Of a stretch of 64,000 bases of DNA, positions 29,402 through 44,009 are shown piece by piece (positions within the stretch are counted from its first letter, which is position 1; each line of letters opens with the position of its first letter). The position numbers and the translations under genes are program-made. Origin of the DNA: the human T2T-CHM13v2.0 reference genome, Homo sapiens; the NCBI RefSeq assembly GCF_009914755.1, contig NC_060936.1; one strand, 5' to 3'. Under the pieces are notes generated by a model that saw only the letters and a program-made list of their open reading frames with translations, searched no databases and had not been told where the DNA came from.

Positions 29402-29930
29402 TGGGATTAGGAAGGCTTACAGCTGCAAGTAACTAAACACCCGTCTACTCATAGCTTAAATAAATAGTTTATTTTTCCCCTATAACTGAAGGTAGAGAGG
29501 TAGGCAGTTGCTGGGAATGATTCAACTGCTCAGCAATGCCACCAGGATTCCAGGTTCTCTCTAGCTTTCAACTCTGCCTTTCTTAGCAAGTTGGCTCATT
29601 GCCTTGTGTTTCTAAGGTGGCTGCTATAGCTCCAGCCATAACATTTCTGTCTTAGGTCATAGACTTAAAACAGAAAGAAGCAGGGGCACGTCAAGAGCTT
29701 TAATCTAGCTATGTGTGTCTCATTTTATCAGGAAAGAAAAAAGCTTCCCAGAAGCCCCCAGCAGACTTCTGCTTACATCCCATTTGCTAGAACTGGATCA
29801 CCGGACCTCTTAGCAGTGATGGAGACTGGGAACATGAGTATTTAATTGAATACATTGATACTCCAAGCAAAATTGCACTCTGTGGGCAAGCAAGAAGAGA
29901 GGAGAATGAATATTAGATATTCAGTTGCCC
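29402..29930 (-). mobile_element. MLT1K-like LTR within a MIR
   Basis: 'cagctgcaagtaac...cttcccagaagcccccagcagacttctgcttacatc'. Confidence 0.65.
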
Positions 29931-30794
29931 CGAGTGATAAAACTGACTTCAGAATGTTGATACAAGGGTTAAAGTAAGCTGATACATGCTTTAGGCTAAC
30001 AGTGTTTGGCATGGAATTAAGTGTTCAATAGATTTTAGCTGTTGAAATTGCAATAATTCAGGCACAGAATATTCATCCTGGACTAGGACATGGAAGAGTG
30101 AATAATTTTGAGACTAAAGGACTTGAAAAGAAAGACAGATAAAATTATCAGTGGGAAAATAACTTTGGTTTTAATTGTTTTTTATTACCTTTCTTTCTCC
30201 TTTTGTCTTATAAGCACAGAAGTGGTCTGTTTATCACATCATCTTTTTTCTTTCTAATTATTTTATAATTGTGTATCTTTTGTTAGAATTTAAGTACTTT
30301 ATTATTTTAAAAATCTAACTAAAGGAAATATAAACTTTGAGTTCTTTAATCTACTCAGTTGAAAAACCTCCTACAGTAACTTTAACTCTACATTCCAATT
30401 AGTAGCCTGCACAATTATATAATCATGTAATGCACAGCACTGTGACCTACTCTTCAGAAGATATTTGTTTTAGACATAGCTCGCCTATGTGAAGAAGTAG
30501 AAATATTGCCTCTGGTCATGCTAAAATTAATTGCAATATTTAAGTCATGTGACATTTAATGTTTCTAGAACTAGCAGGTAGCATAGCTCCCAGAAACCCA
30601 ATTGCACATTGCCGAACGTGTCTCAAGGCACTTTCAGGTGGATCGGATAATGGGTGGAACCACCACATACTTTTCAACCATGAACAATGATTCAGGGGCC
30701 AGGATTTAGAAACCATGGGCAGCTATGTAATTGCATAGTGTTAGAAACAAGAGAGGTGAGTGGTGTGGAATATAGGTTTAAAAGAAAAGGAAGG

Positions 30795-31340
30795 TTCTGA
30801 GTGTATACTCAAAATAATTGAAAGCAGGGTCTCAAGGAGATATTTGTATACCCGTGTTCATAGCAGCACTATTCACAACAGCGAAAAGGTGGAAGCAGCC
30901 CAAGTGTCAATTGACAAATGAATGGAAAAGCAAATGTGATATATATGTACAATGAAATATTACTCACCCTTAAAAAGGAAGGAGATTTTGACATGATACA
31001 TGCTACAACATGGATGAAACTGGAGGACATTAAGCTAACTGAAATAAGCAAATCACAAAAAGATACTGTATGATTCCACTGATGTGAGGTACCTGGAATA
31101 GTCAAATTCATAGAGACAGAAAGTAGAATAGTGGTAGCCAAGAGCTGGACAGTTATCGTTAATGAGCACAGAGTTTCAGTTGGGAAAAATGAAAAATTTC
31201 TGGAGGGGGATGACAGCAATGGGTAACAGCAATGTAAATGTAATTAATGCCACAGAACTGCACACTTAAAAATGATTACAATGGTAAATGTTATGAGTAT
31301 TTTACCACAATAAAAAAAAATTTTTAAGGAAAAAAAAAAG
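30795..31340 (+). mobile_element. L1MB 3' end
   Basis: 'gaaagcagggtctcaaggagatatttgtatacccgtgttcatagcagc...cacttaaaaatg...ccacaataaaaaa'. Confidence 0.85.
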
Positions 31341-31550
31341 AAAAAGAACTTGAATGTAACATCCCCACTTCACAAACTTAGCACCCCCGTCTTCCACTAC
31401 CACCACAACCACCACCCACAAAGTCCTCTAAAAGTCTGCTTATTAAGGGGAAAAGAAGGAATCAAAATTGGGAAAGAGCCTTCCAAACTCTTCCAAGATC
31501 TGAGCAGCTTCTTTTAGTCATTCTGTTCTCTTTTTTATTTTTCACAATAA

Positions 31551-31880
<330 letters not shown>

Positions 31881-32340
31881 TAATCAGGGGGAGGACAAGG
31901 AAAGAATATTATGGCAAAGGAAGAAGTGGCATAAATTCGTCTTCATCTCTGGCCTGAGGTCAAGGCAATTCTTCCCTCAGCCTCACGAGGCTTGAGTTTT
32001 TGCTCAGAAGCATGAAATATCATTACCTTTACCTTTCATAGCCCCAGTTTAGGATAAACTCTGGGTCAGCAGTTACATGACTGACCTGAAATGATTTCAC
32101 TCTGCGGCTGGCAGCGCCAGACTCAGGAGTGACAAACTGAAGTAAATGACTGTGTGAGCAGCTTCTGGTGAGACCAAATAGAAGAACTGCAGCAGATAAC
32201 TTACTCTTTTTCATTGTTTCTGATTAGATCTTTTCACATTTTGCTTTTGTTTTTGTTTTTTTCTTGGAAAAGACAAGGGTGTCTCATGGAGGCTTTAGGG
32301 AAATGGCTGAATTTTAAGGAAATCGAATTGGCTCCCATGA

Positions 32341-32397
32341 TTATCTCAAAGGAGCTGTGGTCGTAAAAGTTAATTAAATTAGATTCATTTGCATATT
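32341..32397. promoter_or_regulatory. Candidate enhancer core: HOX13/CDX-type, homeodomain and octamer motifs
   Basis: GTCGTAAAA at 32360-32368, TTAATTAA at 32370-32377, ATTTGCAT at 32387-32394; motif evidence only. Confidence 0.35.
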
Positions 32398-32817
32398 CAA
32401 GACCATTCCCTTCCTTCACTTTAAAGGCAGAGAAAGAAAATGTGTCCCAGCCTCCTCACTGGGATTATGACACACAACATGTCCAGATCACTCTGTTTGT
32501 ATGCTGGAACTTAGTCGGACTAGCAGGCTATTTTTTAAATCCTTTTTCCTAGCTTGTATTCTCCACATTTTAAGGTAAGTGTCAATACAAACGTTAAATT
32601 AGTATGCATTGCAGTTCTTGCTTTGAAATATAGAATAAATCCTTTAGAGAAAGAGATTGCCGTGCTTAAAGACTGAGGTAATTTTCTAAACAAAAGGTGA
32701 ATTCAGAACACTAAGTAGAAGATGAACTAGCAACATTTACAGCCACAAGACTGTGTAGAAGCATTTTGCATTTGTGTATGTATTGGCAACAACGGCATCT
32801 ATAGCTTTATTTATTAT

Positions 32818-33060
32818 GGGTCAGAGGAACGGAACGATTGGACCCTAAGAGGATGTCTAGTCTACCCTGCTGCCTGGAGTAGGCCTAAAATAACCGGCTA
32901 AAATGGAACTCTGGCCTGTTTTCTGAAGCCGCTAGGGAAGGTGTTTCCACAACCTTCCTCTGTTATGTGACCCATTTTTAACAATCTTTAATATCATACC
33001 AGAAAACATTGCCTTATATCCAACCTATATCCCCTCTGCTATTGATTTACTGTTTACTCT
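32818..33060 (-). mobile_element. CR1/L3 LINE 3' fragment
   Basis: 'ggaccctaagaggatgtctagtctaccctgc...tttccacaaccttcct...ccttatatccaacctatatcccctctgct' resembles the antisense CR1/L3 3' end. Confidence 0.65.
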
Positions 33061-34179
33061 CACATGCATACAATGCAAATGTGAGCAGTCGCACTCAGCC
33101 CCTCCACCCTGCTCATTTGCATATTTCTTTGGAGTATCAACTAATGCCTACAGATTAAAGGGAGTGTCTACCCTACTTCCTTCAGCCACACATGCCTGTT
33201 AATACAAGTAAGGCTATATCATTATCTTCATTCTTCCATAAGAAGACAGGGTTAATTTATTTTTTTTCTTTAATGAACACAAATGTGCCAGACAGACCCT
33301 ATGCTAGGTTCTTGGGAAACAGTGGCGGACAGGGCAGACCAAGATCCTGCCCTCACGTGTGGAACTCAGACATAATACAAATAATTACCAGTATGATGAA
33401 GACTACAAAGAAGTATAGGTTACTAAGAAATTACACAATAGGCTGAGCTAACATAGGCTGGGAGGATAGGAAAGCTTTCTAAACAAAGCTATGTTTCACC
33501 TGAAACCTGAAGAATAGGAAATATCAAAGTAGAGAAGGGAATTCAAGGTAGAAGGAACAGCATATGAATGGCCCCTATCATGAGAGTGTGGCCTGTTTGA
33601 GAATTGACAATGGAGTTCAGACAGCAGGACAAAAGTAGCTGTGATCAAGCTATGGAATCTTCAGACATTACTCACTGTCCACACTTGCTTGGCTGTGACT
33701 GAAACCTAATGCCTTGGTCCTGCTTTGTACAATTTTAGAACTCTGAGCAACTGGATGCTTAGCGACAAGGATTAGGCACCTGGAGTAAGAATGGACAAAA
33801 AGAGCCCTCATTTCAGTGCTCAGAAGGCCTGGAATGTTCCAGTGGCCTCAGTGAGTCAGCATGGTGTTGTGCAGCATTGGTGAGCTCGTTCCCAGAGTAT
33901 TCGGGTGCTACACAGTCTTCAGCAAGTCACACTTGCAGGGTCTCCGACCTCACTTCTGTAAAGTGAGGAGGTTAGATATGGGCTTTTCTAACTCACCTTC
34001 TGGAATCAGTTAGCAACAATAGTCCCCATACAGTTCTTAAGTGGGTCACATTATTACTGAGCTAACCTACATTTGCTAGTGGGCGGAGGGGATTATTCAG
34101 ACAGCCAGCAGGCCTGTCTCCAATTTGCTTTTTTGTTTTTGGGTTTTTTTTTTTTTATTTTTTTTGGTTTGGTCTTTTA

Positions 34180-34645
<466 letters not shown>

Positions 34646-35540
34646 TAATCTGGGCAAGTTCTACGAGGATCCTCACAACTCATGAACCTGGCTTTCTATC
34701 ATGATTCCTGATTTGGAACTTGAGAAATCAGGTACTGCTCTTAAAGCAAACAAGGCTTCTTACTCCCATTGTATGAAAATGAGTAAAAAGGGGAAAGATA
34801 AACTATTGAGCAAACTGCTGAGTAAATGGCAGTTAAATCCCCCTTTGCCTCTGGAGAAGTCACCTTGTTCAAGATCATAATGCTTAATAACGCTGAGACC
34901 TAAAACAGATAAAGGACACAACAAAAAAAGGAAACCACAGACCAATATCCTTCATGAACACAGATGCAAAAATCCTCAACAACATCTAGCAAACTGAATC
35001 CAACAACACATCTAAAAGATTATATGCCACAATCAAGTGAGATTCATACCAGGGATGCAAGCCTGGTTCAACATATACAAATCAATACAAGTATTACCTC
35101 ACATCAACAGATGAAGTACAAAAATCACATGATCATATGAATAGATGAAGATAAAGCATTTGATAAAATTCAGCTTCACTTCGTGATAAAAACTTTAAAT
35201 AAATTAGGTATGAAAAGAAAATACCTCAACGTAATAAAAACCATATATGACAAACCCACAGCTAACATTAAACTGAGCTGGAAAAATCTGAAATCTTCTC
35301 CCCTAAGAACTGGAACAAGACAAGGATGCCCACTCTTACCACTCTTATTCAATATAGTACTAAAAGGCCCAGCCAGAGCAATTGGGCAAGAGAAAGAAAC
35401 AAAAGGCATCCAAACTGGAAAGGAGAAAGTAAAATTGTTCCTGTTTGTAGATATGATCGTATGTATAGAATAACCTAAAGACTCTACCGGAAACTTTTAG
35501 AGCTGATAAATGAATTCAGTAAAGTTGCAGAATGCAAAAT

Positions 35541-37820
35541 TATGTTAGTCTGTTTTCACACTGCTGATAAAGACATACCCAAGACTGGGAAGAAAAAGAG
35601 GTATAATTGGACTTACAGTTCCACGTGGCTGGGGAGGACTTAGAATCATGGTGGGAGGCAAAAGGTCCTTCTTACACGGTGGCAGCAAGAGAAACTGAGG
35701 AAGAAGCAAAAGCAGAAACCCCTGATAAACCCACCAGATCTTGTGAGACTTATTCAATATCACGGAATAGCATGGGAAAGACTGGCCCCCATGATTCAAT
35801 TACCTCCCCCTGGGTCCCTCCCATAACATGTGGGAATTCTGGGCGATACAATTCAGTTGAAATTTGAATGGGGACACAGCCAAACCATATCGTTCCGCCC
35901 CTGGCCCTTCCAAATCTCATGCCCTCACATTTCAAAACCAATCATGCCTTCCCAACAGTTCCCCAAAGTCTTAACTCATTTCAGAATTAACCCAAAAGTC
36001 CACAGTTCAAAGTCTCATCTGAGACAAGGAAAGTCCCTTCTGTCTATAAGCTTGTAAAGTCAAAAACAAGCTAGTTACTTCCTAGATACAATGGGGGTAA
36101 AAGTATTGGGTAAACACAGTTGTTCCAAATGGGAGAAATTGGCAAAAAAAAAAAAAGGCGGGGGTGGTGTTACAGGGCCCATGCAAGTCCAAAATCCAGC
36201 AGGGCAGTCAAATTTTAAAGCTCCCAAATGATCTTCTTTGACTCCAGGTCTCATATCCAGGTCACACTGATGCAAGAGGTGGGTTACCGTGGTCTTGGGC
36301 AGCTCCTCCCCTATGGTTTTGCAGGGTACAGCCTCCCTCTCAGCTGCTTTTATAGGCTGTTGTTGAGTGTCTGTGGCTTTTCCAGGAGCACGGTGCAAGC
36401 TGTCAGTGGATTTAACATTCTGGGGTCTGGAGAAAGGTGGCCTTCTTCTCACAGTTCCACTAGGCAGTGCCCCAGTAGGAACTCTGTGTGGGGGCTCTGA
36501 CCCCACATTTCCCTTCTGCACTGCCATAGCAGAGGTGCTCCATTAGGGCCCCACTCCTGCAGCAAACCTTTGCCTGGGCATCCAAGCATTTCCATACATC
36601 TTCTGAAATCTAGGCGAAGGTTCCCAACCCTCAATTCTTGACTTCTACGCATCCACAGGCTCAACACCATGTGGAAGCTACCAAGGCTTGGGGATTCCAC
36701 CCTCTGAAGCCACAGCCCAAGCTATATGTTAGCCCCTTTCAGCCACAGCTGGAGTGGCTGGGACACAGGGCACAAAGTCCCTAGGCTGCACACAGCACAG
36801 GGACCCCAGGCCACTTTTTCCTTCTGGTCCTCTAGGCCTGTGATGGGAGGGACTGCCGTGAAGGTCTCTGACATGGCCTGGAGACATTTCTCCATGTTCT
36901 TGGGTATTAACATTAGGCTCCTTGCTACTTATGCAAATTTCTGCAGCTGGCTTGAATTTCTCTCCAGAAAGTGGATTTTTCTTTTCTACTGCATTGTCAG
37001 GCTGCAAATTTTCTGAACTTTCATGCTCTGTTTCCCTTTTTAAATGGAATGCTTTTAACAGCACCCAAGTCACCTTTTGAATGCTTTGCTGCTTAGGAAT
37101 TTCTTCCGCCAGATACCCTAAATCATCTCTCTCAAGTTCCAAGTTCCACAGATCTCCAGGGCAGGGATAAAATGCTGCAAGTCTCTTTGCTAAAACATAA
37201 CAAGAGTCACCTTTGCTCTGGTCCCCAACAAGTTCCTCATCTCCATCTGAGACCACCTCAGCCTGGACCTTATTGTTCATATCACTGTCAGCATTTTTGT
37301 CAAAGCCATTCAACAAGTCTCTAGGAGGTTCCAAACTTCCCCACATTTTCTTGTCTTCTTCTGAGCTCTCCAAACTGTTCCAACCTCTGCCTGTTACCCA
37401 GTTCCAAAGTTGCTTCCACATTTTTGAGTATCTTTTCAGCAACACCCCACTCTCGGTACCAATTTACTGTATTAGTCCATTTTCATGCTGCTGATAAAGA
37501 CATACCCAAGACTGGAAAGAAAAAGAGGTTTAATTGAACTTACAGTCCCACGTGGCTGAAGAGGCCTCAGGATCATGGTGGGAGGCAAAAGGTATTTCTT
37601 ACATGGCAGTGGCAAGAGAAAATGAGGAAGAAGCAAAAGCAGAAACCCCTGATAAACCCATCAGATCTCATGAGACTTATTCACTATCATGAGAATAGCA
37701 TGGGAAAGACCAGCCCACGTGATTCAATTACCTCCCCCTAGGTCACTCCCGCAACATGTGGGAATTCTGGGAGATATAATTCAGCTGAGATTTGAATGGG
37801 GACACAGCCAAACCATATCA
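35541..37820 (-). mobile_element. Full-length THE1C-type MaLR element (LTRs 35541-35892 and 37468-37820, internal 35893-37467)
   Basis: Two ~350-bp LTRs; 5-bp TSD 'aaaat' at 35536-35540 and 37821-37825; L1 sequence resumes in register. Confidence 0.92.
36729..37445 (-). pseudogene. MaLR internal gag-like ORF remnant (238 codons open)
   Basis: 'GRGWNSLESSEEDKKMW...QAEVVSDGDEELVG...LAKRLAAF' is typical THE1/MST internal ORF sequence. Confidence 0.75.
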
Positions 37821-39035
37821 AAAATTAACATACAAAAATCAGTAGCATCTTTATATACAAACAACAAACTAGCTGAAAAATAAATCAAGAAAGCAACCTC
37901 ATTTACAATAAGTACACACACATACACACACACACTCTACCTAGGAATGCATTTAATCTAGGAGGTGAAAGACATCTACAAAGAAAACTGTAAAACAGTG
38001 ATGAAAGAAATTGAAGGGGACACAAAAAAATGAAAAGAAATTCCATGTTCAGAGACTGAGAAAATTAATATTGTTAAATGACTGTACTACCCAAAGAAAT
38101 ATACACTGCAATCCCTATTAGAACAGCAATGACATTCTTCAGTGAAATAGAAAAACACAACACTAAAATTTTTATGAGACATAAGTAATCCTAAGCCAAA
38201 GTAATCCTAAGCAAAGGAATAAAGCTGGTGGCATCATACTACCAGACTTCAAAACATACTACAAAGCTATAGTAACCAAAATGGCAAGGTACTGGTATAA
38301 AAACACACACATAGAACAATGGAACAGAATTGCTCACTGAGAACAATTCTGAGGATCCAGAAATGAATCCATGTATCTATAGCCAACTGCTTTTGACAAA
38401 GGCACCAAGAATATTCATAGGGGAAAAGACAGTCTCTACAATAAATGGTGCTGGGAAAACTGGATATCCATATGCAGAAGAATGAACCTAGACCCCCACA
38501 TCTCACCTATACACAAACCAACCCTAAATGAATTAAACACCTAAAAGTAAGACCCAAAACTATAAAACTACTAGAAGAAAATAAAGAGGAAATGCTTCAG
38601 GACATTAGTCTGGGAAAAGACTTTATGAATGAGACCTCAAAAACACAAGACACAAAAGCAAAAATAAATAGAATGATATCAAACTAAAAAGCTTCTGGGT
38701 AGCGAAAAAGAAAAACAATCAACAGAGTGAAAAGATAATCTACAAAATGATAGGAAATATTTACAAACAATTCATCTGACAGATGATTAATATCCAGAAT
38801 ACACAAGAAACTCAAACATCTCAAAAGCAAGAAAAAAAAAATCCAATTAAAACATGGGCAAATGATCCAAACAGAAAAGATGTACAGTTGGCCAACAAAT
38901 ATATGAAAAAATGCTCAGCATCACTAATCATCAGAGAAATGCAAATGAAAACTACAATGAGATATTGTCTATCATCCCAGTTAGGATGGCTATTATCAAA
39001 AAGACAAAAAATAACAAATGCAGGTAAGGAGGTAG

Positions 39036-39275
<240 letters not shown>

Positions 39276-39985
39276 TAAGTTCCTCAGAAAACTACAAATG
39301 GAACTACTGTTTGATCCAGTAATCCCATTACAGGGCATTTATCCAAAGGAAAAGAAATGAATATATCACAGAGATATCAGCACTCCTATGTTTATTGCAC
39401 CACTATTTACAATAGCCAAGATAAGGAATCAACCAAAATGTTTAACAACAGATGAATGGATAAAGAAAATATGGTATATACATGAGATGAAATACTATCC
39501 CCCCATTACAAATAATGAAATCCTGTCTTTCATGGCAACATGGATGAAACTGGCAGACATTCTGTTAAGTGAAATAAGCCAGGAACAGACAGAAACACCA
39601 CGTGTTCTTACTTAAGTGTGGAAGCTAAAAAATGATGATCTCAGAGAAGTAAAAAGTGGAACAGAGGTTACCAGAGGCTGGGAAGAATAGTCAGAACAGG
39701 GGGATAGAGAAAGATTTGTTAAAGAATACAAAATTACAGGTAGATAGGAAGAATAAATTCTAGTGTTCTGTGACACTGTAGGATGACTATAGTTAACAAT
39801 ATTATGTTTTTTCAAACAGCAAGAAGAGAGGATATTGACTGTTTCCAACACAAAGAAATAATAAATGTTTGAGATGATGGATGTGCTAATTACCCTGATC
39901 TGATCACTCAACATTGTATGTATCAAAACGTCACTATGTACCTTATAAATATGTGCAATTATGTGTCAATTTAAAAATAAAATTT

Positions 39986-40279
39986 TGTTAAGAGATGATT
40001 CTAAGATTTGGGGGTCTAAGACTCCAGGATTTTAGGACTGGTGAGTGCTCAGGTGCTGAGATCCTCACACATGAGTCCTTGCTGCTAGGAGAAGGTTGTC
40101 AGAAGCCTCCCTTGGCTGGGAGTAGGTTATCCTCTTCCTGCCCACCTCCCCCAGTGCTGTGTGAATGTAGCTCTTTGTGGCTTAGAGAATGTAAATTTTC
40201 ATTTTGCATTTCCAGTGTCACATGCTTACCTTATCAGCATGTTCCAGTTTTCAGAATAAATATTTGGAGATGAAAAATA
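39986..40279 (+). other. Putative L1 3'-transduced segment
   Basis: Lies between the L1 3' end and the second copy of TSD 'aagatcataatgcttaata' (34871-34889 and 40280-40298); AATAAA at 40255-40260. Confidence 0.72.
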
Positions 40280-40573
40280 AAGATCATAATGCTTAATATG
40301 CCAAATTGACTGAGCCCCGTCTATGTGCCTAGCACTAAGCTAGTTACTTTGCACATGTCACGTTTTTTACCTATTACATGTAGTAATATTACTCCCATGT
40401 TACAAGTATAGAAATAGGCTATAGTAGAACTTGACTCCCAACCCAAATCAGTTTGGCTTTACAATTTACAATTTGGCTTAACCTCTATACTTCACTGCTT
40501 TCCCAAAGACAGCTACAGGGAAACCTGAAAATAATGAAAGAGAAAAAAAAAAAAAAAAAAAAAAGCAAAAACT

Positions 40574-40698
40574 GGCCAGGCCCAGTGGCCCTTGTCTGTA
40601 ATTCCAGCTATGCGGGAGGAGTGCTTGAGCCCAGGACTTAAAGGCTACACGCAGTGAGCTAGGATTGCACCACTGCACTCCTGCCCAGTAAGACCCTG

Positions 40699-40729
<31 letters not shown>
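40574..40729 (+). mobile_element. Free Alu monomer (FRAM/FAM-like) with internal deletions
   Basis: Single monomer plus long poly-A. Confidence 0.75.
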
Positions 40730-40732
<3 letters not shown>

Positions 40733-41854
40733 TGACCCTAGGTTCACACTGTTCAACCTCATTCAGATTTGTGACTGGTTTTGTCATGCACCTTCTAGCA
40801 CCATTTCAGTGTTTCCTCTCTCTAGTCCATAGAATTGATGGTATTTACTGCTCTAGTTTTCAAGGATGGCGTTTACTTCAGTAAGTAAATCAATTACTTC
40901 ATTAAGAAAATCCTTAGAGCATCAGGGGGCTCAGCAGTAAGAAAGGGTTAACAGCCTCAGGAAGGGCTAAGCTCCCACACCGCAGGTGGTGTCAGAAGAA
41001 CAGGAATAATGAGGCTGGGGAATGCCCACCCTCCGGAAGCTTTTCTGTACATCTAAATAGAGCAGAAAGTAAACGTTGACAAGAGGAAACTGTCAGGTAA
41101 ATTAATTTGAAAAGTGCAGGTTTTGTTTTCTTTTCCTTTCAATGGGTGAGAATTCAAAGCATAAGGCAGGAGAACGAGTTAAAAATACTATGACTAGTAT
41201 GACAGTAGCCAACTGATGCTTGCACAATAGAAAGGGCATCATGGGTTACACAAGAGGATTGTAAAAAATGTGCAAAAAAATAAGAGGACAGGGGCAGGAA
41301 TGGCTGATCAAACACACTAACACCATGGGATCTTCAAAGGTTCAAAATATAACCACATTGTGACATTATAAAATAACTATATAGGATTCCAAAACATGAA
41401 GGTTTTTAAATAAAAGTATTTGTCCCTTAGGGTAAAGTCAGACATCCTTATCTTGGCTTGCATAGCCCTCTACAGTTTATCTCCCAAGCCTCATCCCTTC
41501 TACTGCCATGAACGACAACTTTGCAGAACCTCCTGAATTACTTTCATTTGTTGTCAGGCCCTCACTCTTTCTTCCAGGCCCTTACTTCTCTTCTCTGACA
41601 CCTAAGTTCAGGCAGGGTCTCCTAGTTACACCTTCTGACAACTCTATGCTAATGTATTATCCTATAAATATTAAATAACATCTGTTTCCTGCTAGAATCT
41701 ACTCTCCAAGGGCAGGGTCCATATCTGCTTTGTTTATTGCTATATTGTCAACTATGGTACAGTTATGAATAATTGAATGAATGCTGGTGGACATCTGGGT
41801 TCCAAACCGTCCAACTGAATGATATATAAGGCAACAATTGCTTCTTCAGTTTAT

Positions 41855-42830
41855 GTATCAGTCAGGGTTTGACATGAAAAACAGAACCAGCAGAAAATTT
41901 TTGTTTGTTTGTTTTTGTTTTTTAATATATCCATTTATTTTTTACAAAGAATTATCTTACACAACTGTAGGAGCTGGCTAAGCAGGCCTGACATCCACAA
42001 GGCAGGTAATCAGAAAGGGAAAGCCATAAGCAGGCTAGACTACCACAAGGATGAGCTCAGTGATGAGGATGTCATGCAGAAGTCAGGGCTCTTTGTCATG
42101 GAGCTGTACACATACACTTAACCCAAGAGTCAGTGAAATTGGAAGTAGATACATCTGAAAAGTAAAGGAATTATAAACTAGCTGCTGCTTCACACCAACA
42201 AGGCAAATCAGCAGATCAGCAACAACATGAGTGTTTTTGTCCCAAAACGTAGAAAAGTTCTACAACTTTCCTTCTGCTCTACTACTTGGAATCTCCGACC
42301 TCAGGGAGAGTATAGATCAAGCTTATCCAAACCACTTTATTTTGTAGTTGTTGTTCTGTTTGTTTTTGTTTTAGGCTTTTAGCAACCTGAAGCCATAGTT
42401 TTTAGTTTCCGTCTCTAGTAATAAGCAGAAAAGAGGGATGAGGAAGGGGCTTTTCTGGCCCAATGAGAAACAGAAACTAAGAACCCATGACTGTACTCTC
42501 TCCCTTAGACACCCCTGGTCTAGACTCTCTTTTAAAAAGCTTTTAACTGATTAAGTCACATAGAATAATATCTCTTTTGACTAATTTAAAGTCAACTGAT
42601 TAGGGACTTTACAGCTGCAAAATCCCTTCACAGCAGCACCTAGATTAGTGTTTCAATAATTAGGAGAAGGTACGTGCGTGCTACAAAATAGCTGCTGCCT
42701 CACTTCCATCTTCCAATTTTTGCAAGAGACTCTCCCTTGTAGACCACCCTAGTCAGAAACATACTAGAAAAGGAGCTCTGGGGGATGTGATTTATCCAAG
42801 CCAAAGCAGACACACCACGAAACCATCACA
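41855..42830 (-). mobile_element. MLT2-family (ERVL) LTR, interrupted
   Basis: 'tgtatcagtcagggtttg...aaacagaaccag' to 'aaaccatcaca'; 'aatcccttcacagcagcacctagattagtg'. Confidence 0.65.
42330..42517. mobile_element. hAT-type DNA-transposon terminal fragment (subfamily not assigned)
   Basis: Ends 'gacacccctg' (reverse complement of a 'caggggtgtc' terminus); recognisable MER-type sequence. Confidence 0.5.
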
Positions 42831-43440
42831 GGTCACATCATATAACTACCTCTTTAACCTTGAATGAAAGAAATTAATAAAAGAAACCAGTGATATTCAG
42901 AAGTAAGGGGAACCACTTTGTTATAGAAATAGTGCTGATTCTGCAGATGCAAAGGAAAAGAACAAATCTGGATAGGAGGGCAGAGCTAACAACCTTAGAG
43001 GAGCATGCTTCCAAGAAGTAGAGGAGGTATAGGGGAGCTCTCAGAGCAAACATGGAAGTGATAAGCATGTATTCCTATCAAAGATGGGGAAACTTCATTC
43101 CAAGACAAGCTGGAATGTTGGTGTTTACCAATAAACGCTTGTTAAATGAACTGATAAATCAATGAACCAATGAATAAATGCTGCCTTAAGCTTAAGCCCT
43201 GTGCTAAACTACAGAGGTATGGTGATATCTTAGTCTGTTCAGGCTACTATAACAAAATACCTTAAATGGGTAATTTATAAATAACAGAAATGTATTGCTT
43301 ACAGTTCTGGAGAGTGGAAAGTCTAGGATCAAGGTAACAGCAGACTTGGTGTCTGGACTTGCTCTATGCTTCAAAACTGGTGCCTTCTTGTTATATTACC
43401 AAATGGCAGTAAGGGCAAGGCACCTCTTTTAAGAGGGCAC

Positions 43441-43825
43441 TGTGATGGTTAATACTGAGTGTCAATTTGATTGGATTGAAGGATGCAAAGGATTAATCCT
43501 GGGTGTGTCTGTGAGGGTGTTGCCAAAGGAGATTAACATTTGAGTCAGTGGGCTGGGAAAGGTAGACCCACCCTTAATCTGGGTGGGCACCATCTAATCA
43601 GCTGCCAGTGTGGCCAGAATATAAAGCAGGCAGAAAAATGTGAAAAGGCTAGACTGACCTAGCCTCCCAGCCTAAATCTTTCTCCACTGCTGGATGTTTC
43701 CTGCCTTTGAACATTGAATTCCAAGTTCTTCAGCTTTGGCACTTGGACTGGCTTCCTCGTTCCTCAGCTTGCAGACAGCCTGGTATGGGACCTCATGATC
43801 GTATAAGTTAATACTACTTAACAAA

Positions 43826-43871
<46 letters not shown>

Positions 43872-43967
43872 TGTGTTTTATATATATATATATGAATGTG
43901 TTTTATATATATATATGAATGTGTTTTTTATATATATATATATATCCTATTACATATCCTTAACAAA

Positions 43968-44009
<42 letters not shown>

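Noticed and set aside
35625-35637. PRDM9 hotspot motif in the THE1 LTR
   Set aside because: Reads CCTCCCCAGCCAC on the minus strand, lacking the T at position 7 of CCNCCNTNNCCNC
40979-40995. CTCF-like 'accgcaggtggtg'
   Set aside because: Three mismatches to the core motif; too weak without ChIP data
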